From Saccostrea cucullata (lineage: Eukaryota): a DNA stretch of 64,000 nucleotides. The stretch covers positions 434,001 through 498,000 of the forward strand of contig NW_026935291.1 of assembly GCF_032062105.1 (NCBI RefSeq), read 5' to 3'. A program made the translations under genes and the position numbers. Shown here piece after piece: positions 14,401 to 26,100 of this stretch (position 1 is the first letter of the stretch; each line of letters begins with the position of its first letter). Under the pieces are notes generated by a model, which was not told where the DNA came from, ran no database searches, and saw nothing but the letters and a program-made list of their open reading frames with translations.

Positions 14401-17400
14401 AATGTACCTTGAAATTCCAGTTAAACAATTCATGTTTTTAAGATGCACTGAAAAGAAAACTAGAGTAATTGACATTTATAGTTGGATATTTACTGTATTT
14501 ATTGATATGTAAAATAACAAGCCTCCATTTTATTTTTTTTAAGTTTTGCATGTCCCTCACCAAGTAACGTTCCTTAAAATAAAACTGTTTTTTGCACCCT
14601 TAAAGAGTTTGTGATTCCCACATTTATTGCCTGTATTATTTCTTTTAAATTATGTAGTAAACCATACAATATAATCTCAGGTTGATAAAACATGTTTACA
14701 CACAAAAAATTCAGGGGCTAAAGTTGTTATTTTACATTTGACGCAACAGCATTGTGAGGCAATTCTGCAAATGAGAAAGATACAATCTTCTGATTTAAGA
14801 CAGTGAGTAGTTTTTCAAAAAATTTATGTAACATTTTATAATACTTTGTGTTTTTTAAATTGAAGAAAAATAAAATTATTGTGCGAGCTGATTCGGTTAG
14901 GTTTGAATTTCTCTTCGAAGTCCTGAAGAAAATAATTTTCCTGGACCAAATTCAACAATTTCAAATGTTTAAGTGTTAAATACAAAAAAGTGAATTGCAA
15001 AAAAAAATTTTTTAAAAACAGTTTAGAAACTGGTTTAGAGAGAAATCAGAATTTTATTAAAATTTTGAATATTTTTAAAGAAAAAAATACATTTTTAGAA
15101 CAAAAAAAATTGAAGATATACAAAACATCCAGTTTTATTAGCAGGTAATGTCTCTTTCTGACCTAAAAATAAAGCATAAAAAGAAAATGCTTGCAACTTA
15201 TTTTGTCTGATTTTTTAGTATAAAAAAGTCTCTTTTAATAAGAAATCCCTGTAATTGATGAATGTATAATGATCATTTGAACCTTCAGAAAAGGATAGTT
15301 TTACACATTCAAATAAAATTGATTCAACAATAGTTTTCCACTGGAAGGATTCCATGTTTAGCATTAGGACGGGTTGATTGATGTTTCCATAGATCTCCTC
15401 GTCCAATGGATGCATCCAACCATCTAAAACCACGCCCACCCTGCAAGATATCAAGAAAAACGTCCAATTTTTAAGCCAAGATGAGTTAAATTACTAGAAA
15501 GGAGTCTATGATTTCAGAGAAAATTCAATGATTGTCTTTCAAAAGTTGAACTGATAATTTTAATTGCTAATATTGTCGCCCATACGTTTATGTGCAAAAT
15601 ATTTGTTTTTAATCCAGGTTAAAGAGAAGAGGCTTAAAACGTTTTCAGAATTATTAACCTTGAAATTCCAGTTAAACAATTCATGTTTTTAAGATAGAAA
15701 ACGAGAACCACATTTATGCTGACTTACTGTATGTACGAGGGTCATTCAAAAAGTTCGTAGACTTTTTCCTAACTTTTTTATTTAACGTCATATTATATCC
15801 AGATTTTGTACAAATATTTTAACAACAGATTCAAATAATTTGACTAAAAAAATTGGAATGTATCTTCATATTTATTAAAATTACCTAGGAATTAGAACAG
15901 CAAAAATGGGGTCACGGAGCACTGTCAAAATTGAGTAATTTTCTAATTTTCACTTTATAGTTTTAACAGCTATACCTCTAATAAATGGAACTGAAAGGAA
16001 ATAAAATTTACATGTTTAAATAAAGTACTGCTGTATTAATTAAAATGAAATCAGGTTATGTTATATCTCGCTCCATTTAAAAGATATCAGCTCCTAAATA
16101 CATATGGACTTGATTATAAAAGGCAAAAAACCATGACGTTGGAGGATGTCACGGAGCAGCATTACACTTTACATTCGGGAAACTTCCTCTACAAGCTTAA
16201 AAATTCCTTATAAACCAGGATCTGTATGAAAAATAATCTGTGTAATTGTATTAAATTGAAAATACAATTTTTGAGTGGTAGCGAGTTTGAATCGGACGAT
16301 GGATTGTCTGCAAAGAAACAGGTTAATGTTAAAAATGTTGTCAAAAAAGTTAGGAACGTCATTGGACTGCTTCATCAATGTTGCAGAAATAATAGAGTTG
16401 CATGGTAAATAAAGACAATAACATTCTAATTCAAGCTTTATTTGTACAATTGTTAGCAAACTAAGTGTTAAGTGTTGTGGATATGTGTTTTGAATGGAGA
16501 AGACCCTACAAACCGTGTTCGAAATTTTAAAAAAATGAGTATACTTTTGACAGACTTTTTAGCGTTGTTTTTGAACAATATTGGTTAATGCTGTGGTAAC
16601 AAAACATATTGCTTTAAATTTTGGCTAACATGAGCTCTATTTAATCAAATGGAATGAAACTTCACACTTCGACAAAATAAATGTTTATGTTTACGAAAAT
16701 GTGTTGATCTATATTCTTGTAATAATCATATGACAATGAGAAGCATTGTCTACGTATTTTTTGAAAGACCCTCGTAATGTAAAATAAATTTGATATTTTG
16801 AGAATAAAATAAAAACGAATGCTTAGAGTATATCAAAAAGTCTCTTTTAAAAGAAATCCCTGTTTGTATAATGATCACTTGAACCTACAAAAAAGGATAG
16901 TCTACACATTCAAATATTGATTCAACAATACCTTGGTGATGCAGTTTGTTTAGATCAATAACTAACAGTTGTCACCAATATAAGCTAGAGTCTAAATCAA
17001 AGCTTCAAAACGTTTATTTTTTATTACTGTAATTACTTCAACATATCATCTGAAATATTGATAACTGCAATCATCAAGATCACAACTAGTATAATTTTTC
17101 TGCGACAAAAGACGGCGACATAGAAAGCCGTATCCAGGAAACGTAACAACAAATAATGTCTATTATATAAAGCTGGAAAAGTAGAAAGTTTAATCCCGAT
17201 GAGTGACGTAAAGGGTTTTAAAATGATTATGTTTAATACAAATAGTAAGAAGTTCAAATAAGTTTATATATTTGGAGTTTAAATACAATGAATGAATTGA
17301 AAAAATCGGTCAAGGCTTAATTTCTAACCTTTATAACTTTATCTGGGTCAGTTTACTTCAATACTATAAGACACATTTAAATTCAACATTATAAATTTAT

Positions 17401-17888
17401 AATGTTGAATTTAAATGTGTTTTATTTTCTACAGTGAATACGCATGTGGAACAGTATTATACCTAACATTTAAATATTTGAACACTCATTCCAGTTCAGA
17501 TTTAGAATTTCTCAATAATAAACATGTGTGCCAGAACTACAATTAAACATGAAACAAATTTATAGAAAAATCCATGGAGCCTGTTTACGAGTGGGTGGGG
17601 GTCTGTAAGCTATCCTGCGAGCGAAAAAAATAAGGCCAAGCTTAAAAAATTCTTTGTTTGCAGTTGCCGACCTATAAGTTTTAGACTGGGTCGGTAGGAA
17701 GGCATTCTTTTTTTTTCTTTTTTTGAGAACAAAAAAATTTTGTTAGATAGCAAATAAAAGAGGTTTTCATAGACCTACTACACATGAATAAGCTCAACTC
17801 TTTTTATAAACCACTGATTGAAAAAAACAAAAGTCAAAATTTGAAAAAGATACAGTTTCAATATTCTGAAAAATTGAAAAAAAAAAAT

Positions 17889-17949
<61 letters not shown>

Positions 17950-20824
17950 GACAAATCCAGTCTATCGGTATTACATTTACAAATGTCACATCTATGATGC
18001 TCTCTCTCTCTCTCTCATGATCAAGTCTAGTATAACTTGGATTTGCATGAAGATGATACATGAATTTTATTGATTTGCGATGATGTTCAAAATTTCGTAA
18101 AACATTCAAAAACCAATTTATTTTATCTTACATACCAAAGATAATTTTAATAACTTTCTATAAAGCACATGCTAAATACATTACATTAAAATATAAGTAT
18201 TCTTCTTCATATTTCAATGCTCTCGTGGATCTTTGAAGGGCTCATTTAACAGGCGTTTTATTATAAAGAAGTTTTTTTTTTTAATTTAAAAGAGCATATT
18301 TATACATTTGCCACATGCAACGAAATCATTTTTATTGGCATTATACAAGTCTTTCATACAAAACTCTGGCATCAGTTTTATATTTTCTAGATAACACTTG
18401 TTCATTGAAAATTGTCTACATGGATGAATGTACACTGACTTAATATGCATTAGAAGCTAAAGGGATATATATGTTCCAAGTGTACTTTATTTTTTTTACC
18501 TCCAACTTCTTTGGATTGCCTATGAGTAAGCACTTCACACAATGCCTGTTAACTTTTATTCTTTTCATGTACACTTCAACTATACAATTATCCCGCGCTT
18601 TATTGTAACTTGTTAGCCAATGTAAAAAAAAATCCCATTTTACTCTCGCTGTTCCGAAATTGGTACTCACCATAAATTGCTTGGTATTGAAGTGAGTTCT
18701 CATGGAATTATGCAGTTCTTTGCCATTATGTAGTAAGACTAAATTGTCTAATGCCTGGATTACCTCATCTGCACGATGGTGAACCTAGAATATCATTTAT
18801 ACTTAGTGACATAAACTCGCAAAAAAAAAACAATTTGCTGACAGCAGTAATTCCAAAATTTAATGCACGATTGCACGATTCACTTACAATGTAATGTTTA
18901 AATCAGCGATATAAATCGTAATTTTTGAAAAGTAGTTGAATTTTAATTTTTTCTTTCTGATTGAATATACATGTAGTTATTTCTCTGTTATTGATCAAAA
19001 ATTATTTCACACAGCGTCCTAATTAAACCTCGCGTCAGATTATCGGTGCAGTGGTTTAATTACCTGTTTGTTTCTATACGTAAAGTCGTCCCAGGGTTCG
19101 AACCACTCGAATGGTTTCCACTCCTCGGAGTACAGATGCGTTCGGTGGATTGTGTGCCGACTGTGGGGTCGGGAGTTCGATTCCCCGGATGTTGTTACGT
19201 GGTGTCTGTTAATTTCTTCTGATAAGTGATATGTCATGGAAGCTGAACCATCTCTGTCAAATTATTGATTATTTTTTGAAATTATATTGAAAAAAATATT
19301 TTATCTTTTCCACTCAAGACTTTTGGAGAAATTAAGTCTCTCTCAACAAATAACTGATATACGCTGATTTGCATTTTTTTTAATTGTCAATACTGAAATA
19401 TGTTTCATATTTTAATAACTGAAAACGTAATAAAGTTTTTACATTTATTATATGAATGGTAAATAATGTAATATACCTGTGTTCTACGGATGCGACAATA
19501 AATCCTTGGGAGGCCAGCTCACAACACATTGTCGTGTTCGTTGTCCGGTTACCGCCCAAGCCGTGCGAAAATATGACCACCGGGAACTGTGTGTTGGAGG
19601 GACAAAGGGGGCCCTGCCAAAGGGCGGGAACGTATACATCCCCTGTAAAGAAAAATTTCATATGTTTGCAAGATCAAAGTAAAATACAATCAATATCAAA
19701 TGAATATAAATTATGACTAGTAAATATTAGAACCTAAAAAAATAATAAAACAATATATACGTAACATATAGAAATCTTGAAGTTTTGAGAATTTTCATGA
19801 TTTAGTTAATGTTTAAAGATATACACATGTATACCTCCCATCCAGTTGAACAATTTGCCGATAACTTTAATTCTGGGATTTTTTGTAATAATGTCTGCGT
19901 ATCCTTCGCCATACTGTTTCCTTGGTAACCAGAGTGGCCATTGTTTGTCTCTTTTCTGTAAAACATGATTTCCAAATATTTTTTTAAGTATATTCAAATG
20001 AATGCAAGAATCTATATATAAATTAAAAGTAGAAACAAAAAATCCACATTTGGGATTAATTCGGGCAACCCGGATCAGCGATTTTAAAATGAGTGGGAGT
20101 TAGACGTGACCAAATTGCGACCTCTCTCAAATGTTTTGGGAGGGGCGAGAATATTTTCCTTCAATTTGAAAAAAAAATTCAAAAAATGATTGAGAGGGGG
20201 GGGGGCGAGCTTTTCGTCCCAAGGATTTTAAACGGCCTTGTTCAGAAATAACCCCTAAAATAATCTGGAGATAAACATTTAAAAATATTGAATATACTTG
20301 TTTTCTCTGTGTTAATCCGATAAGCTGATTGAAAGACAGGTTTTTATGTAAGCTGTCAAAAAGACTTGGCATTCAACTGGCACAGACTAGAAATATCCTG
20401 AATTCTACCCTCCACCGAGATATTGTAATATATTTATAATTTACTCAACTTTTGAATGCTTGCAAATAAATGGACAATAATAAATTATTTATTGTGCATT
20501 TCCACGGGAAAAATATTAAACAGATATTCATTAATTAATAATTGAAATAAATGTACAGGATTTTTCACCACTTACATAAATATCAGTCTTCTCCACGGGA
20601 TAAAATAGTCTGAAAAATGTTCCTTTATCACTGGGTCCCCCACACATCATGTCCCAGCACCCCACGCTGTATTCACCCGACCCCACGGGCGTGTGCCGGC
20701 GAATCTTCCTTTTCTCTTCTGAATTCCTCTCATCTGAAAGCTTCCGAAATACTTTCAGCTTCAGACTGGGGGTCCGGCTTAGAGAGCCCGTCACACTATC
20801 ACATAATTTCATTTGTAGATCCAT
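11487..20824 (-). CDS. Platelet-activating factor acetylhydrolase (PLA2G7/PAFAH2 family); disrupted as assembled
   Basis: Exons 20824-20576, 19955-19835, 19642-19477, 19253-19064, 18784-18671, [GxSxG exon not found], 15441-~15332 plus ~13632-13571 (one exon in two pieces), 11869-11721, 11572-11487. Motifs G.YSVGC.D, FFRLFYP, PVVIFSHGLGG...ELASQGFIVASVEHRDGSA, GVVLDGWMHPL (catalytic Asp), MITIKGTCHQSVTDF (catalytic His), NKASLGFLHKHL. Confidence 0.85.
15736..16774. mobile_element. Tc1/mariner-type non-autonomous DNA element (TA TSD)
   Basis: TA|cgagggtcattcaaaaagttcgtagac ... gtctacgtattttttgaaagaccctcg|TA imperfect TIRs; no transposase ORF recognised. Confidence 0.75.
17371..17420. repeat. 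Perfect spacerless 50-bp AT-rich palindrome
   Basis: acacatttaaattcaacattataaa|tttataatgttgaatttaaatgtgt. Confidence 0.95.
17891..18017. repeat. (CT)n microsatellites
   Basis: Long (CT)n at 17891-17947 and a shorter one at ~18000-18017. Confidence 0.95.
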
Positions 20825-21868
20825 TCTTTTTAACTTGAAGACCGACGAGCAAGTTCTACTTCATTAAAATCAAAACACTGCACCATGTGCCATGTTATGA
20901 AATTCCTCCCAAAATCTTTAAATCCAAAGTGCGTAATTATTAATCCATATTCATTTTAGTTAATGAAATCCCGTACTAACTTGGCACAGGTTGAAGTACT
21001 CTGTGGTAAACGAGAAAATTCGCCGACACAGTTTGTTGTTTATGTATACTTATTTATATTTTCTATCGGTCGCCACGGCACTATTATAAGTCGGTATGCA
21101 AGTGTAGCGATTTTTAAATCTCTCTCTCTTTACCAAGCGATTCACCAACACAGCAATTTAAATCAATCCATTCAGTCACATACTACAAACGAATGTAAAC
21201 GAAAAACAGCTGATGAACATTGAAAGATGTTACGCAACATTCGTGTAAACTCGCGCGCAAAGTCTCAATCGCTTAAGAATGCGTAAGAAGAATGTTGTAC
21301 ATCCACCTAAGTGCTAAGTATTTTACCTGCGATTGATTACCAAGGACACACCTGACGAGAATCAATCACTGATCACTAGGTCCTTACAAACATGTAACAC
21401 TTTTGTTATTTTATGCGTCTTAATTTAATGTTGGCGGGATTAAATTTTAAGAATTATACATGTCATCAATTTTACAGTGTCATTTTTTTAACAAGCTTGT
21501 TAGTCATATAATGATGATCATTATGCTAATTAATTAAACCAAGATGAATATAGCAACAATGCTTACAATATTTTGTTAGATGACATAGATTAAGATTGAA
21601 GTACATAAAGTACCCATATGGATAAAAAAAATTATCACACCCTTTTCCAATTATTTCACCATTCCTTTAGAAATAAGTTTTATTATCAACGTAGTGTGAT
21701 CCAATACTTTGTGATGTGCTTCATCATATTCATTAGGTGACCAAAGGTACATTTTCTTGAAAATAAATTCTCTCTCTCTCTCTCTTTTATTTTAGGAGAA
21801 AAGACAGGTTGCAAAGATCGATAATACATAAATTAAAAGGTAATTAACTTAGATTGACTGAACATTTT

Positions 21869-22085
21869 ATTTATTATACCCCCCCCCCCCTTTGAAAAGT
21901 GGGAGGGTGTACTGTAATCGGTATGTCCGTCCGTCTGTTTTTTTTTTGTTTGCAAATACCAATGAGAGAAATTTTTGAAAATTTCACAAAATTTAAATTA
22001 AAATTGTGGACCTCCTATCATAAGAAATATAATAACATGGACTTTATATATTTTTTTCATGAGCTCATTGCTCACAGTATTGTTT
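21869..22085 (-). mobile_element. HINE/pearl-like fragment, same family as 35710-36035
   Basis: ttattataccc...ttgaaaagtgggagggtgtactgtaatcggtatgtccgtccgtctg closely matches 35711-35765. Confidence 0.55.
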
Positions 22086-23073
22086 ATATGAGAAATATTT
22101 ACAAAAATTAAATTTAAAAATTTAAAAATATAATATTTTTTTTTATTCTACCGCCTGTATCAATATGAGAAATATTTACTTAACTACCAAAAACCAAGGT
22201 TCAAATTTAAAGTAGGTTATTGTAAATACAAGAAAGATAACTCTATTAAGTAAAAGTGTTTGTCTTAAAGAATTTACCTGACCGAAATATTTTGAGACTA
22301 AAATTTCATTTTATTTGCTTCCATTTTTCCCTAGGTCTCCATCTATTCTTTTCAAATTCGCAGAGTAATATTAAAGTATATGTAGAGGAAAGCAACCCCC
22401 CACGAAAGAGATTTTTTATGTTAAATTGTTGTGAGAGATTTTTTAAAGGGAGGTGAACCCAACCAAACCCCTGGGAAAATCCTGGCCCAAAATCTTTTCA
22501 CAGTGTTCATAATGATAATTCTAAAACACACTATTTTCCCATCATTTTCAATGAACAACGTTATAGAAGATTAATGTTGGAAATACAGAGTGTTACATGT
22601 GGACATCGCAAATTTGAATTTATTGATTATATCAGACCTACTTTACACGTACATACATGTATATGTACAATGTACCACTTATAGTATATACAAAAATATA
22701 AATAAAACATCATGAAAAGCGATTGAGTAAATCTCCACAGGTTGAATATGTAACAAGAAATTTCTTAAAATGAGAAAGTACAAAATATAATACTTTTATT
22801 AAATTTTTTTTATATCGAAGAGATGTGCAATAATAGCATCATAGTCATATTCTGCTAAATTGAAAAAAAAATCATACACTTTTCTTTTCAATCTAAAAAA
22901 GACAACATTGATAAAGAGAGTTTACGAACTAAGTTTAAATCGATTAAGCTTACAATTTATCACTGAAAACGCCATATCCCCGAGACCCCGGATCAACATA
23001 TGTCGCGAGGAACGACCAAATCAGTTCGATAAGCAACAAAAGGTGTAGTAAAGAATTCAATACAACCCAGGTA

Positions 23074-23082
23074 TGACGTGGC
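23074..23082 (+). promoter_or_regulatory. UPRE/XBP1-ATF6-like site TGACGTGGC
   Basis: Matches the UPRE consensus TGACGTGG, ~95 bp upstream of the ATG of a predicted ER-resident protein. Confidence 0.4.
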
Positions 23083-23172
23083 GAGAACGTCTTCTACACA
23101 CGTGCAATTTTAACAAGAACGTGCAATTTTCTTGCACATATATTCGGGTATCCTGTCATTCCTACAGGAAGG

Positions 23173-26100
23173 ATGATGTCTTTACATGTTACGATACTAA
23201 TTTTATCAGCAGTCCTACAAAGTTGTTTCGCTAAAGTTGGTTTTCCTAAGGATCAGAAGATGGATGTCTTATTTCCGCCCTACATCGTCCCTTCCGGTCA
23301 AGGAATTCCTGATGGCCACCTCCGTCCTTTAGGTAAACGTTCATTTCATTGTTCAATTTCACAGTACTAGTAATATTTTTCAAGTTATAAATGAGCTAAA
23401 ACTAAAAGCTCAGCCATGTTTTGTTTGGAACACAAGTATCAAGATGAATTATTCAAAATACCAGGTTTATTGTTTAGTGAGACAAGTTTCAACAGATCAA
23501 CAAATTGTCTTTCAATAGTTATGTATATTATGATATCACAAATGTAATCTTTATCATGCTTTACGTACAAAGGCTGGCAGAAAAGATCCAGTGGAAGGAT
23601 TATGGAGACACCGGAAATGCCAAGTGCGCATTCTCTGTATGTGAAGTACATCAACAACAAGAAACCTGTCCTGATTCACGACGGCCTTCAGGATGTCAAG
23701 GTCATGAAAAACTGGGAAAGCGATGTCTACCTTAAGCAACAGTAGGTCATGGATATTGTTAACTTATTTCCTACCCATGATTTCGAAAGCCATATCAATA
23801 AATATACTGTTTGATGAAATTGGAAGTTATTAAGTTAAACATATACTAGTATGTTGAACTAGAGGAAAGCGATAACGCTTCTTCTGCATTATCCTTTTGA
23901 TATTTCCTATTGCTGTTCAGGTATGTTGTTTGAAATTATAAATTGCATGGTTTATTATATCTTTATTTTTTTTACTATGCCCTCGGAGAGCAAATTTTCC
24001 TCTTCAAAAACATCGAAGAATCTTGAATTATATTATTTGACCAAAATCAAAATTTTAAGTTAATTTTCTGATTTTTAAACATATCGTTAGTAATGAAATG
24101 TGAAATAACTTTGTCTCATTACCTTAAATAGGTTACCATTTACTAATACGTAATTACCATTACATTTATTTTAATAATTTCAGTTTTGGAGATTTGAATG
24201 TAACAGTGACAGTCAAGAGGCAAGCAGTTCAACAGCACGTGCAGCACGAACAACACGTGATGAAGTTAAAGAAGTTTCTAATGGACTACATGTATGAGGA
24301 ATGGTACCTCGTTACTTCAGTGCCTAAGAAAATGATGGCCGAACTTCCGGTATGCATAAAAACGACGGGAATTCAAGCCACAGTTTTTAAATTTTATACA
24401 AGTATATATTTTGTGGCACAGTGGAGCGTCTGCTTTAGAGTCGGAGTAAGTAGCCGATTCTTATGTCACGGGTTCGAATCCACAGCGGAACGGGGAGTTC
24501 GGGCCTTTGGATGAAACCGTATGAACCGAGGTCCCGTGTCGCAGTAGGTGCAGGCACGAAAAAGATCACTCACTGCTCAATGACCGTAAGTGCCGAGTAT
24601 AGATAAATTTGCAGCTCTCCACCGGCAAATGGTGACGTCTCTATACATGTATGAGTGAATAATTCTCTAGAGTGACGTCAAACAACAAAAACAAAAAAAT
24701 TATATTGCCCAGTCCATTCAGATCTTTGGAGTAGATATTTTAGCATGAGTGAAAGAAGATGTCCAAAATACCATAGATCGATGTTTTAAGCACTTGATAG
24801 TTAATCATTAAGTTTATTGCATCGTCGCAAACCACGGTCCAGAGTCCGCATATACCGTATATAGCTTTCCTACGGAATGGGAGAGGATTGTACGTTTTGC
24901 CGTGATTTGCGACGATGCTTTTATTGGTGTTATAGTGGCGATTCTATTAATAATAAGAAGTCTTTGAGCCAATGCTCACTAGTAATACTCCGCTCTGATG
25001 CTAATATATATACACTATCATGTTAATATGCACAAGTTCAGGTTATGACCATATGCACAGATAAACAGGAAGTTGACATCAGATTTGAATAAAAATGATT
25101 CCCACCATATGGCATGCCTCAACAAAGAATGTGCTAAAATTTCATTCTGCGATGACTAGTTGCTGACAAAACTGCAACTAAAAAAGTAAAATTTGTTGTG
25201 TATGGTACGGACAGACGCACGGATAAACAGGGGGTTGATTGATTGTATGCTGTTTAACGTCTCTCTCGAGAATTTTTCACTCATTTGAAGACATCACCAC
25301 TTGCTGCCATGGTGGAGAGCTGCAAATTTTGATCTGTACTCTGCACTTAGGGCTATTGAGCAGGGAGGGATCTTTTTCGTGCCAGCACCTACTGCGATAC
25401 GGGACCTCGCTTTATACGGTCTAATCCGAAGGACCGGTCTCCACGTCCCACAGTGGGATTCGAACCCGCGACGTTAGGATCAACTTCTTACTTCGGGACT
25501 CTAGAGCAGACGCTCTAACCATTGCGCCTCGCGGGCGACAACGTCTGATTTGAACATAAATGAATCCCACCATATGGCATACATATGTTGATATGTTTTT
25601 AATTCTCAGTTGCCGGGTTGTTTGAAGTGTGGTACATTCTACGAGAGGCTCTATGAGGCGCGGTTATGGATGAGTAGCGGTGGCACATCATCTCGTCTCC
25701 ACAGTCATGAAGACCACGACCTTCATTGCGTGTTGTTCGGCAGGAAAGATTTCATTATCATCGATGAAAAATACAAATGGAACTTTCATTATGAAGAAAA
25801 TGTAAGAGCATAATATTATGCTCGTTTCATCTAATTTTTTTTTTTCCGAGTAAATTGATTAATTTTACAAATGAATATGCAATATTCATAAACCAAATAT
25901 AATTTCATTAAAAATTAGAAGTTTTAAATAGAGTTTGACTTTGCTTGCGCTTAAGTCAAAGCATCAGTTACAAGTCCATGTTTTATTCTAGTATAAGAAC
26001 TCCGGCTCTGGTCACTCTCCTATCGATGTGGACAAAGTGAACATGTTTAAGTTTACAGACGTCTCCAGTACGCCATGGAATCACGCCACACTACTGTCAG

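Noticed and set aside
18499-18545. AG/GT-bounded segment (ALCEVLTHRQSKEVG) as the missing PAF-AH exon
   Set aside because: No GxSxG motif, too short, and wrong exit phase.
24413-24485. tRNA genes at the A/B-box sequences (also ~25450, 29809, 31610, 50575)
   Set aside because: Each continues into a shared SINE body and no complete cloverleaf is evident.
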